From Sneathiellales bacterium (GTDB lineage Bacteria > Pseudomonadota > Alphaproteobacteria > JANQFL01), in the NCBI GenBank assembly GCA_028277845.1, contig JANQFL010000011.1, positions 200,887 to 264,886 of the forward strand: a DNA stretch of 64,000 nucleotides, given 5' to 3'. Within the stretch, counting starts at the first letter, position 1, and the number at the start of each line of letters is the position of its first letter. A program made the translations under genes and the position numbers. The notes under the pieces were generated by a model that was given only the letters and a program-made list of their open reading frames with translations, had not been told where the DNA came from and searched no databases. Shown piece by piece: positions 41,992 to 50,665 of the stretch.

Positions 41992-42205
41992 TGGATCATT
42001 GGCTGCGGGGAAAGAATTGCGACGACAATACCATTTACCTGTCGAGCCTAACCATCCGTTGCGGAAGGAACAACTTCAGTGGAGAGCGTGAGCCCTCACG
42101 CCATATCCCTGAACCATCTGTCAGCTCTGCGATTTCTGCAAACCGCACATCGAAGCTATGCATTCACGGCGCTTGTGCGGCGTACGCGCCGTCCGGTAAG
42201 GGAGA

Positions 42206-43549
42206 ATGATGATTGCTTCGCTCGCCCCTGTCGCGGCGCTCTTGCTCAGCACCGCCTTCCTGCTCACCGGCAACGGCCTGCAGAACACGCTGGTGCCCAT
42301 ACGGGCGGATATAGAGGCGTTCTCCACCTACTCCATCGGCATCATGGGCGCCGTGTATTTTCTCGGCTTCGGTACCGGATGCGTGCTGGCGCCGCGCATC
42401 GTGCGCCGCACCGGCCATATCCGCGCCTTCGCCGCCATGTCGGCCATCGCCTCGACCACGGCTTTGGCGCATGCGCTGATCCTGCTGCCGGCCGCGTGGT
42501 GGGTGTTTCGCGGCATGACCGGTTTCTGCTTCGCCGCCCTTTACGTGGTGATCGAAAGCTGGCTCAACGAGCGCTCCTCCAACGAGAACCGGGGCGCCGT
42601 GCTCAGCGTCTACAACGTCATCAACCTGACCGTCATCACCGTCGGCCAGATGATGGTGACGCTGTACGACCCGGCGTCGTTTCCACTGTTCATCCTGGCT
42701 TCGATCCTGGTCTCATTGGCCGCCGTCCCGGTGGCCATGACCGTATCGGTGCCGCCGGCGCCGGTGCAGATCGTCGAGATCCCGTTGGTTCGGCTGTTTC
42801 GGGTGACCCCCGTTGCGGTGGTCGGTACGGCGGCGGTCGGCGCCGTCAACGGCGCCTTCTGGACCCTATCGCCCGTGTTCGCGCGGGAAAGCGGCCTCAA
42901 TGTCACCGGCGTCGCATTGTTCATGTCGATCGCCGTGCTGGGCGGCGCCGCCGGGCAGTGGCCGCTGGGCCGGCTGTCCGACCGTATCGACCGGCGCATC
43001 GTCATCATCGCCGCCAGTCTGATCGCCGCCACCGCCAGCTTGACCATGGACACCTTCGGTGTCGGCTCGGTCATGGGCCTGCTGCTGTTCTCGGCTCTGT
43101 TCGGCCTCGGCGCCTTTCCGCTCTACGCACTCTGCGTCGCCCACACCAACGACCGCCTGGAGCCCCACGAATTCGTCCAGGCCTCCAGCGCGCTGTTGTT
43201 GCTCTATGGCGCCGGCGCCGTGGTCGGGCCGTTGATCGGCTCCGTTCTGATGACCGGCATCGGGCCGATGGGCCTGTATGTCTTCACGGCGTCGGTGCAC
43301 GGCCTGACGGCGCTCTACGCCCTGGCGCGGCTCCGCTTCCGCACCGCCATCTCGGCCGAAGACAAGGAGCAGTTCCAGCCGGTGCCGCGCACATCGGCCA
43401 CGGTCTACGCCATCGACCCGCGCTCGGAGGAAAGCGACGAAGAGCGCGCCGCGGCCGATGACAACGCGCCGGCCGAACCGGCGGACACCGGCGACGAGCC
43501 CCTTGTCGTCCCCCTTGTGGAACCGGAAGTCGGACCGCCGCGCGGCTGA
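42206..43549 (+). CDS. MFS transporter
   Basis: 12 predicted TM segments and a GxxxDRxGRR-like loop (GRLSDRIDRR). Confidence 0.8.
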   Translation: MMIASLAPVAALLLSTAFLLTGNGLQNTLVPIRADIEAFSTYSIGIMGAVYFLGFGTGCVLAPRIVRRTGHIRAFAAMSAIASTTALAHALILLPAAWWVFRGMTGFCFAALYVVIESWLNERSSNENRGAVLSVYNVINLTVITVGQMMVTLYDPASFPLFILASILVSLAAVPVAMTVSVPPAPVQIVEIPLVRLFRVTPVAVVGTAAVGAVNGAFWTLSPVFARESGLNVTGVALFMSIAVLGGAAGQWPLGRLSDRIDRRIVIIAASLIAATASLTMDTFGVGSVMGLLLFSALFGLGAFPLYALCVAHTNDRLEPHEFVQASSALLLLYGAGAVVGPLIGSVLMTGIGPMGLYVFTASVHGLTALYALARLRFRTAISAEDKEQFQPVPRTSATVYAIDPRSEESDEERAAADDNAPAEPADTGDEPLVVPLVEPEVGPPRG

Positions 43550-43593
43550 GCGCGCGGACGCGTCCACCTGTATTTCCGCCACCAAACCCAGCG

Positions 43594-43636
43594 GACCCGA
43601 CCCGACCCGACCCGACCCGACCCGACCCGACCCGAC
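43594..43636. repeat. Pentanucleotide microsatellite (GACCC)8 plus a partial unit
   Basis: Seen directly: gaccc x8 followed by gac at 43594..43636. Intergenic, 48 bp upstream of the TetR gene start. Confidence 0.9.
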
Positions 43637-43650
43637 AAGGCACAAACAAA

Positions 43651-43685
43651 TCATTTGTTGACTGTCAAATTGTACCTACTAGTAT
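43651..43685. promoter_or_regulatory. Two operator-like palindromes (TTGACtGTCAA; TTGTACcTACTAGTAtGTACAA) immediately upstream of and overlapping the TetR gene start
   Basis: Seen directly in ttgactgtcaaattgtacctactagtatgtacaa. Position and symmetry are typical of TetR autoregulatory operators. Confidence 0.4.
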
Positions 43686-44427
43686 GTACAATACATACCG
43701 CCTTTCGGACGTTGATGGCCGTGAAGACCGGGTAACGGGTAACGTACGGTCCGATCCGGCCAGCGGTGGGTTGCATACTGAGGCTCGAAACGCGCCGATA
43801 CGAAGTGATTTGACCGTGCCCGCTCAATCGTCCGCCCGTACCAAACTGCTCGATGCCGCCCGGTCCCTGTTGTGGGAGCGGGGGTATGAAGCCATGAGCC
43901 CGCGCACGGTCCTGGACCGGGCCGGCGCCGGTCAGGGCAGCCTGTATCATCACTTCGACGGCAAGGGCGACCTGGCGGCGGCGGCCATGCAGCTCATCGC
44001 CGACGAAATGAAAGCCCATACCGACATGGTCTTCGACCCAGCAAAGCCGCCGTTGCAGCGCATCGACGACTACCTCGCCGCACCGCGCGACGGCACCAAG
44101 GGCTGCAAGCTGGGCCGCCTGGCCAACGAGAACGCCGTCACCGGCCCCGCCGCCGACGGCAAACTGCGGTCACCCCTGGCCGGATATTTCCGTCATGTCG
44201 AGGCCGCCGTGTTGGCGGCGCTGCGCGAGGCCCAGCGAGACGGCAACCTGCCCACGGGACTCGACTGCGGCGCCGTGGCCCAGACCCTGGTCGCCACCGT
44301 TCAGGGTGGTTTTGTATTAAGCCGCGTACACAATGACGATCACCGTTTCACCATCGCCGCCCAGGGCGCCCGCGCCATGATCGATGCCCTGTGCACCGCC
44401 ATCCCAAAAACCCCAGAGAAGGAATGA
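43684..44427 (+). CDS. TetR/AcrR family transcriptional regulator
   Basis: HTH segment RTKLLDAARSLLWERGYEAMSPRTVLDRAGAGQGSLYHHF. The start codon is uncertain. Confidence 0.7.
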   Translation: MYNTYRLSDVDGREDRVTGNVRSDPASGGLHTEARNAPIRSDLTVPAQSSARTKLLDAARSLLWERGYEAMSPRTVLDRAGAGQGSLYHHFDGKGDLAAAAMQLIADEMKAHTDMVFDPAKPPLQRIDDYLAAPRDGTKGCKLGRLANENAVTGPAADGKLRSPLAGYFRHVEAAVLAALREAQRDGNLPTGLDCGAVAQTLVATVQGGFVLSRVHNDDHRFTIAAQGARAMIDALCTAIPKTPEKE

Positions 44428-44431
44428 CCGC

Positions 44432-45034
44432 ATGCAGCTGTATTACTCGCCCACCTCCCCTTACGCCCGCAAGGTCCGGGCCGTCGCCATGGAAACCGGA
44501 CAGGCCGCGGAGATCGAGGTGGTGCCGTGCGACCCGTTCGACGGCGGCAGCCCCTTACATGCGACCAACCCCTTGGGTCGGGTCCCTGCCTTGTCGCGAC
44601 CGGATGCCGATACCCTGTTCGACAGTCCGGTGATTTGCGAATACCTCATCGCCCGGGCGAGCCGCGACGACCTGCTGCCGGCGGCCGGTGAAGCGCGTTG
44701 GACGGTGTTGCGCTGGCAGGCCCTGGCCGACGGGTTGCTCGACAGCGCCTTCACCCGCACCATGGAAATGCGCAAACCGACGGAGAAGCAATCGGAAGAT
44801 TGGCTCGAACGCTGGGCTCGACAGATCGGCACGGCGTGCGACGCCCTGGAAGCCGAGATCGGCCGCCTGCCGGAACCCATCAACCTGGCGCACATCGCCA
44901 TTGCCTGCGCGCTGGGCTATCTCGATCTGCGCCACGGCGACCTGAACTGGCGCGACGGCCGGCCAGGCCTGACCGCCTGGGAGGCCGAGATGGCGAAACG
45001 TCCGTCCATCGCCGAAACCAAGCCCGAAGCCTGA
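44432..45034 (+). CDS. Glutathione S-transferase
   Basis: N-terminal thioredoxin-like GST domain (MQLYYSPTSPYARKVR...GRVPAL). The track ORF begins 16 codons upstream. Confidence 0.85.
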   Translation: MQLYYSPTSPYARKVRAVAMETGQAAEIEVVPCDPFDGGSPLHATNPLGRVPALSRPDADTLFDSPVICEYLIARASRDDLLPAAGEARWTVLRWQALADGLLDSAFTRTMEMRKPTEKQSEDWLERWARQIGTACDALEAEIGRLPEPINLAHIAIACALGYLDLRHGDLNWRDGRPGLTAWEAEMAKRPSIAETKPEA

Positions 45035-45076
45035 ACCGCCCCACGCCCAACTGCCGCGTCCCGCAGGAGATCCGAC

Positions 45077-46063
45077 ATGCGTACACCCTTCACCGAAATG
45101 CTCGATCTGACCCACCCCGTCGCCCTCGCCCCCATGGCCATGGTGACCAACGGCGGCCTGGCGGCGGCCATGGCGGAGACCGGCGGCCTCGGGCTGCTGG
45201 GGGCCGGTTACGGCCTGCCGGCCTGGGGCGGCCATGAGTGGATGGAGCGCGAGTTCGCCGCCGCACGGCAGAAGACCAACGCGCCCTATCTCGGCGTCGG
45301 CTTCATCACCTGGCGACTGGCCGAGGAACCCGATCTGCTGCAGACAGCGCTGGCCCACAAGCCTGCAGCGGTCATGTTGTCGTTCGGCGATCCGGTGCCC
45401 TTCGCCGACGACATCAAGCAAGCCGGCGCCAAGCTGATCTGCCAGGTGCAAACGATCGTCGATGCCAAGGCTGCGGCCAAAGCCGGCGCCGACGTGATCA
45501 TCGCTCAGGGCACCGAAGCCGGCGGCCATGGCGCTACCCGCGCCACCCTGCCGTTCGTGCCCGCCGTGGTCGACGCGGTCGGGTCCATCCCCGTGCTGGC
45601 GGCGGGCGGCATCGCCGACGGGCGCGGCCTGGCGGCGGCGCTGGCCCTGGGTGCGGCCGGCGCCCTGGTCGGCACCCGCTTCTTCGCCGCAACGGAATCC
45701 GGCGGTCCGCCCAACGCACAGCCGCGCATGGTCGCCGCCAGCGGCGAGGACACGCGGCGCACCTCGGTGGTCGACATGGCCCGCGGCATGGACTGGCCCA
45801 AGCCCTATACCGGCCGGGTCATCGCCAACGATTATGTGCGGCGCTGGCACGGCAACGAGGAGGCGCTGCAGGGCGAACTGGCATCCGAGCAAGCCCGCTT
45901 CGCCGAGGCCATGACGCAAGGCGACTTCGACACAGCCGCGGTGCACGCCGGAGAGGGCCTCGATCTCATTCATGAAGTCCAGCCGGTGCGCACCATCGTC
46001 GACGACATGCTGGCCGACGCCCGCAAGGCCCTCGCCGCCGCCACTGCGGCTGCCGAAAGCTGA
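45077..46063 (+). CDS. Nitronate monooxygenase family protein (second copy)
   Basis: LAPMAMVTNGGLAAA...GTEAGGHG...AAGGIADGRG. Confidence 0.8.
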   Translation: MRTPFTEMLDLTHPVALAPMAMVTNGGLAAAMAETGGLGLLGAGYGLPAWGGHEWMEREFAAARQKTNAPYLGVGFITWRLAEEPDLLQTALAHKPAAVMLSFGDPVPFADDIKQAGAKLICQVQTIVDAKAAAKAGADVIIAQGTEAGGHGATRATLPFVPAVVDAVGSIPVLAAGGIADGRGLAAALALGAAGALVGTRFFAATESGGPPNAQPRMVAASGEDTRRTSVVDMARGMDWPKPYTGRVIANDYVRRWHGNEEALQGELASEQARFAEAMTQGDFDTAAVHAGEGLDLIHEVQPVRTIVDDMLADARKALAAATAAAES

Positions 46064-46065
46064 CC

Positions 46066-46680
46066 GTGTCCGAGCGTCCCAGCGACATCGCCTTCAGCGA
46101 TGCGGTGCGCCGCATGCAGGAGAAGCTGGGCTCGCGGGCCGACTATGCCCGGACGGAGAAGAAGGGCTTCATGCGCAACCGCCTGGACGAGGACGCCCGG
46201 ACGTACATTGCCCAGCGCGACTCCATGTATCTTGGCACGGCGTCCGCCGACGGCCGGCCCTACATCCAGCACCGGGGCGGGCCGAGGGGTTTCCTCAAGA
46301 TCATCGACGACTACACCCTGGCCATGGCCGATTTTCCCGGCAACAAGCAATACATCTCGCTCGGTAATCTGTCGGAGAACAATCAGGCCTTTCTGTTCCT
46401 GATGGACTATCCCAACCGCATGCGCATGAAAATCTGGGGTCGCATAACGCTGGTCGAGGATGACCAGGAATTGCTGAAACTGGTCGACGACCCCGCCTAC
46501 ATCGCCCGGCCGCTACGCGTCCTGGAGTTCGCCGTCGAAGCCTTCGACTTCAACTGCCCCAACCACATCACTCCGCGCTACCCGGAAGCCCAAGTCGCCG
46601 CCGCCATCGCCAAACTGGAAGGCCGCATCGAGGAATTGGAGGTGGAGTTGGCACGGGCGCGAGGCGACGGCACAAATTAA
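46066..46680 (+). CDS. Pyridoxamine 5'-phosphate oxidase-like FMN-binding protein
   Basis: Split-barrel family pattern (YLGTASADGRPYIQHRGGPRGF). Confidence 0.65.
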   Translation: MSERPSDIAFSDAVRRMQEKLGSRADYARTEKKGFMRNRLDEDARTYIAQRDSMYLGTASADGRPYIQHRGGPRGFLKIIDDYTLAMADFPGNKQYISLGNLSENNQAFLFLMDYPNRMRMKIWGRITLVEDDQELLKLVDDPAYIARPLRVLEFAVEAFDFNCPNHITPRYPEAQVAAAIAKLEGRIEELEVELARARGDGTN

Positions 46681-47594
46681 CCCACCGCCACCCGTTGCTG
46701 CAGCCGCTGCCAATCCTGATCCACCTCGGACTGAATGGCGGCGACGCCGTCGTCGGTGAGGTGGCGGTAGCGTTTCTGCAGGGACAGATAGTCGCCCACC
46801 GGGCGCGATTTGCCGTCGGTGTTCATGGTGTAGGTGACGCCGTCCTCCACTTCGAACAGCGGGAACACACCGGACTCCACGCCCATGCGGGCGGTCTTGA
46901 CGGCGGCGTTGTCGGCGACGCCCCAGCCGGGCAGGCAGGGGATCAAAACGATGATCACCTTCATGCCGCGAATGCCCTTGGCCTTCTCCACCTTGGCCGC
47001 CAGGTCGTTGACGTGGGACGGGCTGGCGGTGGCGATGTAGGGGATGCGGTGGGCCGCCAGGATTTCGATCAGGTTCTTCTTGCGGGTGTCCTTGCCGCCG
47101 GGCGTGCTGCCGGTGGCGGCGTTGAGCGGCGTCGACGAGGACTTCTGCCCGCCGGTGTTCATGTAGCCTTCGTTGTCGAAGCAGATGTAGAGGATATCCT
47201 CGTTGCGCTCGGCCGCTGAGGAGAGGGCCTGCAGGCCGATGTCGTAGGTGCCGCCGTCGCCGGCAATGCACAGCACCGTGGTGTCGTGCTTGCCCTTGGC
47301 CATCAGCGCCCGTTTGACGCCGCTGGCCGACGCCGCGCCCGATTCCAGCGTGGTATGGAACACCGGGATGTTGACCGAACTCATCGGATAGCCGCCGCAG
47401 ATCACGGCGGTGCAGGACGGCGGCACCACGGCCACGGCGTCCTTGCCGACGGTGTTGAGGATGACGCGCAGCGACAAAGCCTCGACGCAACCGCCGCAGG
47501 CCACATGGCCGGAGTTGAACAGGCCGTCGTCCTGATAGTCGATCATCTCCATCGTTCTACTCCACCCATTGCGAGGTTGCGGACGGTTCGGCAT
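46677..47594 (-). CDS. 2-oxoacid:ferredoxin oxidoreductase beta subunit (TPP-binding)
   Basis: CIAGDGGTYDIG...GYMNTGGQ TPP motif and the Cys cluster CGGC. Confidence 0.85.
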   Translation of the reverse strand: MPNRPQPRNGWSRTMEMIDYQDDGLFNSGHVACGGCVEALSLRVILNTVGKDAVAVVPPSCTAVICGGYPMSSVNIPVFHTTLESGAASASGVKRALMAKGKHDTTVLCIAGDGGTYDIGLQALSSAAERNEDILYICFDNEGYMNTGGQKSSSTPLNAATGSTPGGKDTRKKNLIEILAAHRIPYIATASPSHVNDLAAKVEKAKGIRGMKVIIVLIPCLPGWGVADNAAVKTARMGVESGVFPLFEVEDGVTYTMNTDGKSRPVGDYLSLQKRYRHLTDDGVAAIQSEVDQDWQRLQQRVAVG

Positions 47595-48738
47595 CGCGGT
47601 AGTCCGCCACCAGTTGTTTGATCTTCGAGGCCGGCACGTTGACGCCGCCGACGCCGGCCAGCAGGCCGTGCACCGCCGGCGCCTTGTCCAGGCCGTAGAG
47701 GGCGCTGGTCAGTTCCTGGTGCAGGATGCCGCCCATGCCCGGCGAATAGTTGCGATCGAGCACCATGACGCGGGGCACGCCGGCCAGGGCACTACGCAGG
47801 TCGGCGACCGGCAACGGCCGGAACAGGCGCACCTTCAGGAGCCCGACGGCTTCGCCCTGGTCGCGCAAGGCGTCGACCGCCTCGCGCACGGTGCCGCACA
47901 TGCTGCCCATGGTGACGATGACCGTCTCGGCGTCCTCGGTGCGGTAATGTTCGAGCGGGCCGTAGGACCGGCCGGTCAGGTCGCCCCAGGCCTGCCCGGC
48001 TTCGGTCACCTTGTCCTGGACCTGGGACATCGCTTCGGCCATCTCGCGCCGGCTGCGGTTCCAGGTGGCCTGGTCGATGGGGGCACCGAAGGACTGGCCC
48101 TTTTCGGTATCGAGGCGCAGTTCCGGCTCGTAGGGCGGCAGGTAGCCGTCGACCAGCGACTGGCTCGGCACCTCGACCGGTTCGACGGCGTGGGAGACGT
48201 AGAAGGCGTCGTGGCTGATCATGGTCGGGATGCGCAAACTTTCGGCGACCCGGAACGCCTGGATCACCGAGTCCAGAGATTCCTGCGGCGTTTCGCTGTA
48301 GAGCTGCACCCAGCCGGTATCGCGCTGGGCCAGGCTGTCGAGCTGGTCGGGCCAGAAGCCCCAGGGCGAGGCCGGGGTGCGGTTGACGTTGACCATGACG
48401 ATGGCGGCCCGGGCGCCGGCCGCGTAGTGCAGCAGCTCGTGCATCAGCAGCAGGCCCTGCGACGACGTGGCGGTGAACACCCGGCCGCCGGTCAGGGACG
48501 CGGCGATGCAGGCGGACATGGCCGAGTGTTCGGATTCCGGGGTCAGCAGTTCGCCGTCCAGCTCACCGTCGCGCTTGAATTCGGCGATGCGTTCGAGAAT
48601 GGGCGTCTGCGGCGTGATGGGGTAGACCGGGGCCACGTCGGGCCGGGCCAGCTTGGCGCCCCAGGAGACGGCGTGGTTACCGCTCAGCAGGAGCCGGTTG
48701 GAGTTGCCGGGCTTGTCGATATTCGGGGCTATGTTCAT
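47557..48738 (-). CDS. 2-oxoacid:ferredoxin oxidoreductase alpha subunit
   Basis: PorA/KorA pattern (GNHAVSWGAKLARPDVAPVYPITPQT...SEHSAMSACIAAS). Confidence 0.85.
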   Translation of the reverse strand: MNIAPNIDKPGNSNRLLLSGNHAVSWGAKLARPDVAPVYPITPQTPILERIAEFKRDGELDGELLTPESEHSAMSACIAASLTGGRVFTATSSQGLLLMHELLHYAAGARAAIVMVNVNRTPASPWGFWPDQLDSLAQRDTGWVQLYSETPQESLDSVIQAFRVAESLRIPTMISHDAFYVSHAVEPVEVPSQSLVDGYLPPYEPELRLDTEKGQSFGAPIDQATWNRSRREMAEAMSQVQDKVTEAGQAWGDLTGRSYGPLEHYRTEDAETVIVTMGSMCGTVREAVDALRDQGEAVGLLKVRLFRPLPVADLRSALAGVPRVMVLDRNYSPGMGGILHQELTSALYGLDKAPAVHGLLAGVGGVNVPASKIKQLVADYRDAEPSATSQWVE

Positions 48739-48742
48739 GGCC

Positions 48743-49010
48743 TAGTACCCCCTATGAGGATTAGATGCGTCATGAGACGGCCAATGCCGTCCCGTGGCTA
48801 GGAGCGAAGACGAAGGCGATGCGGCACATCGGTGAGACGGCGCGACGACGTCCACGGGACGGCATTGGCCGCCCGCTGGGTCGTTTTTCGCATCCCACCC
48901 GGGGCGTCGCTGCGCTTGCCCGATGTCCCACATCGCTCGGCGAGCAGCTCCTACCGAGTGGGGGCGAAAAAACGATCTCATGATGCATCTAATCCTCATA
49001 GGGGGTACTA
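48743..49010. repeat. 268-bp structured element with 35-bp terminal inverted repeats (34/35 identical) and an internal 19-bp-arm hairpin. MITE-like, or an intercistronic RNA structure
   Basis: Left TIR 48743-48777 TAGTACCCCCTATGAGGATTAGATGCGTCATGAGA. Right TIR 48976-49010 is its reverse complement with one mismatch. Inner hairpin arms at 48779-48797 and 48852-48870. The element fills the entire gap between two co-oriented genes. Confidence 0.7.
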
Positions 49011-50651
49011 ACCCTCCTCGTACATCATGACCGACCCGGTGGGACATTCGGCAACGCACAGGCCGCAGCCCTTGCAGTAATCCGATTTCACCTCGTAGCC
49101 GTTCTCCAGCTTGGTGATGGCCATGTCGGGGCAGTAGAGGTAACAGTTGTCGCAGAAGATGCAGGTGCCGCAGGAGAAACAGCGCTCGGCCTCGGCCAAG
49201 GCGTCGGTGTGCTCCAGCCGCTGCTGCACTTCGTTGAAATTCTCCAACCGACCGGCCACGTCGGTGTTGGCCGGAACGTGCCGGGCGACATCGGGGTAGT
49301 AGTCCGAACTGATGGCCTTGTAGGGCACGATGGTCAGCTCGGGGAACGTGTCCCGGTCCTCACCCGAACCGATGTAGCGGGCGATCTCGACCGCCGCCTG
49401 TTTGCCCATGCCGATGGCCTGGGTGACGAAGCGGTCCATGCTGGCCAGATCACCGCCGGCGAACACGCCGGGCGTGGCCGTCTGCCAGTCTGATCCCGTG
49501 CCGACCACGGGTCCGTCGTCCGCCACCACACCCTGCCAACGGGTGATGTCGGCGTCCTGGCCGATGGAGGGAATGACCGCATCGGCCGACAACGTGAATT
49601 CGCTGCCGTCAATGGGATCGATGGTGAAGACGCCCCGTTTCTCGCCAGCCTGGAAGTTCACCTTGATGCAGTTCAGCACCAGACCATCGCCGTTTGCGCC
49701 GGCCGACTGCATCATGGCACCGGTGACGAAGGTGACGTCCTCTTCCATCGCTTCGTCCACCTCGACCCGTTGCGCCGGCAACTGGTCTTCGGGCTCCAGC
49801 GACAGGACCGTCACCTCGCGGCCCAGGCGCCGGGCGGTGCGGGCCACGTCCATGGCCGCGCTGCCGCCGCCGATGACGACGATGCGCTTGCCGAGGGTGC
49901 ATTCTTCGCCGGCGTTGGTGGCGGCCAGGAAATCGGCGCTGTCCATCACCCAGGGCTGGCTATAGTCGAGGCCGGGCAAGGCCTTGGAGCGGCTGGCGCC
50001 GGTCGCCAGATAGACCGCGTCGTGTTTGTCGTGCAGGGCCTTCAAGGCGTCGGCGTCCCCGACCTCGGCGTTGAGGTGCACGTCCACGCCCAAATCGAGA
50101 ATGCGCTGGATCTCGCCGTCCAGGATGGCCTTCTCGAGCCGGTAGGCCGGAATGCCGTAGCGCAGCAGGCCGCCGAGCTGGTCCTTGGATTCATAAAGCG
50201 ATACCTGGTAGCCGCGCCGGCGCAACTGATAGGCCGCCGACAGGCCGGCCGGCCCGCCGCCGATCACCGCAACCGATTCGCTGCGTTCGGTATCAGGCTT
50301 GTCAAAGGCCCAGCCTTCCGCCAGCGCCATGTCGCCGACGAATCGCTCGAGCGAGCAGATGCCCACCGTCTCGTCCAGATATTGGCGGTTGCAGGCGCTT
50401 TCACACGGGTGGTGGCAGATACGTCCGGCAATGGCGGGGAACGGATTGTTGTCGGCCAGGGTCAGCCAGGCGCCGCGGTAGTCCTTTTCCTTGACCTGGC
50501 GCACCCATACGGCGATGCGGCCGTCGACGGGACAGGCGCCGAGGCAGGGCGACGGCAAGGTGCGGTAGTCGGGCGACGCGCTGCGCCAGGTGCCGGTCAT
50601 GCGCACGCTGGACGGCGTGTGGGTCCAGAGGGGAGAAGGCTGGCTGCTCAT
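49008..50651 (-). CDS. GltD-like NAD(P)H-dependent oxidoreductase (glutamate synthase small-subunit family) with 4Fe-4S clusters
   Basis: VAVIGGGPAGLSAAYQL and RIVVIGGGSAAMD dinucleotide folds. Cys clusters CxxCxxxCP at the C-terminus and an N-terminal Fe-S region. Likely start MSSQPSP at 50651 (the track ORF extends to 51329, overlapping porG). Confidence 0.8.
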   Translation of the reverse strand: MSSQPSPLWTHTPSSVRMTGTWRSASPDYRTLPSPCLGACPVDGRIAVWVRQVKEKDYRGAWLTLADNNPFPAIAGRICHHPCESACNRQYLDETVGICSLERFVGDMALAEGWAFDKPDTERSESVAVIGGGPAGLSAAYQLRRRGYQVSLYESKDQLGGLLRYGIPAYRLEKAILDGEIQRILDLGVDVHLNAEVGDADALKALHDKHDAVYLATGASRSKALPGLDYSQPWVMDSADFLAATNAGEECTLGKRIVVIGGGSAAMDVARTARRLGREVTVLSLEPEDQLPAQRVEVDEAMEEDVTFVTGAMMQSAGANGDGLVLNCIKVNFQAGEKRGVFTIDPIDGSEFTLSADAVIPSIGQDADITRWQGVVADDGPVVGTGSDWQTATPGVFAGGDLASMDRFVTQAIGMGKQAAVEIARYIGSGEDRDTFPELTIVPYKAISSDYYPDVARHVPANTDVAGRLENFNEVQQRLEHTDALAEAERCFSCGTCIFCDNCYLYCPDMAITKLENGYEVKSDYCKGCGLCVAECPTGSVMMYEEG

Positions 50652-50665
50652 CGGTTGGGATTCCG

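Noticed and set aside
43458-43661. ORF encoding a PDPTR-repeat peptide
   Set aside because: It is an artefact of translating the (GACCC)n microsatellite. The repeat is treated as a DNA-level repeat instead.
44555-45973. 472-aa minus-strand ORF across the GST and NMO genes
   Set aside because: It is antisense to two well-supported plus-strand genes and has Gly/Arg/Ala-rich low complexity.
48765-48988. Mirror-image 72-aa ORFs on both strands inside the inverted-repeat element
   Set aside because: They are a consequence of the palindromic structure. They have no coding periodicity, and they overlap the TIRs and the adjacent gene termini.
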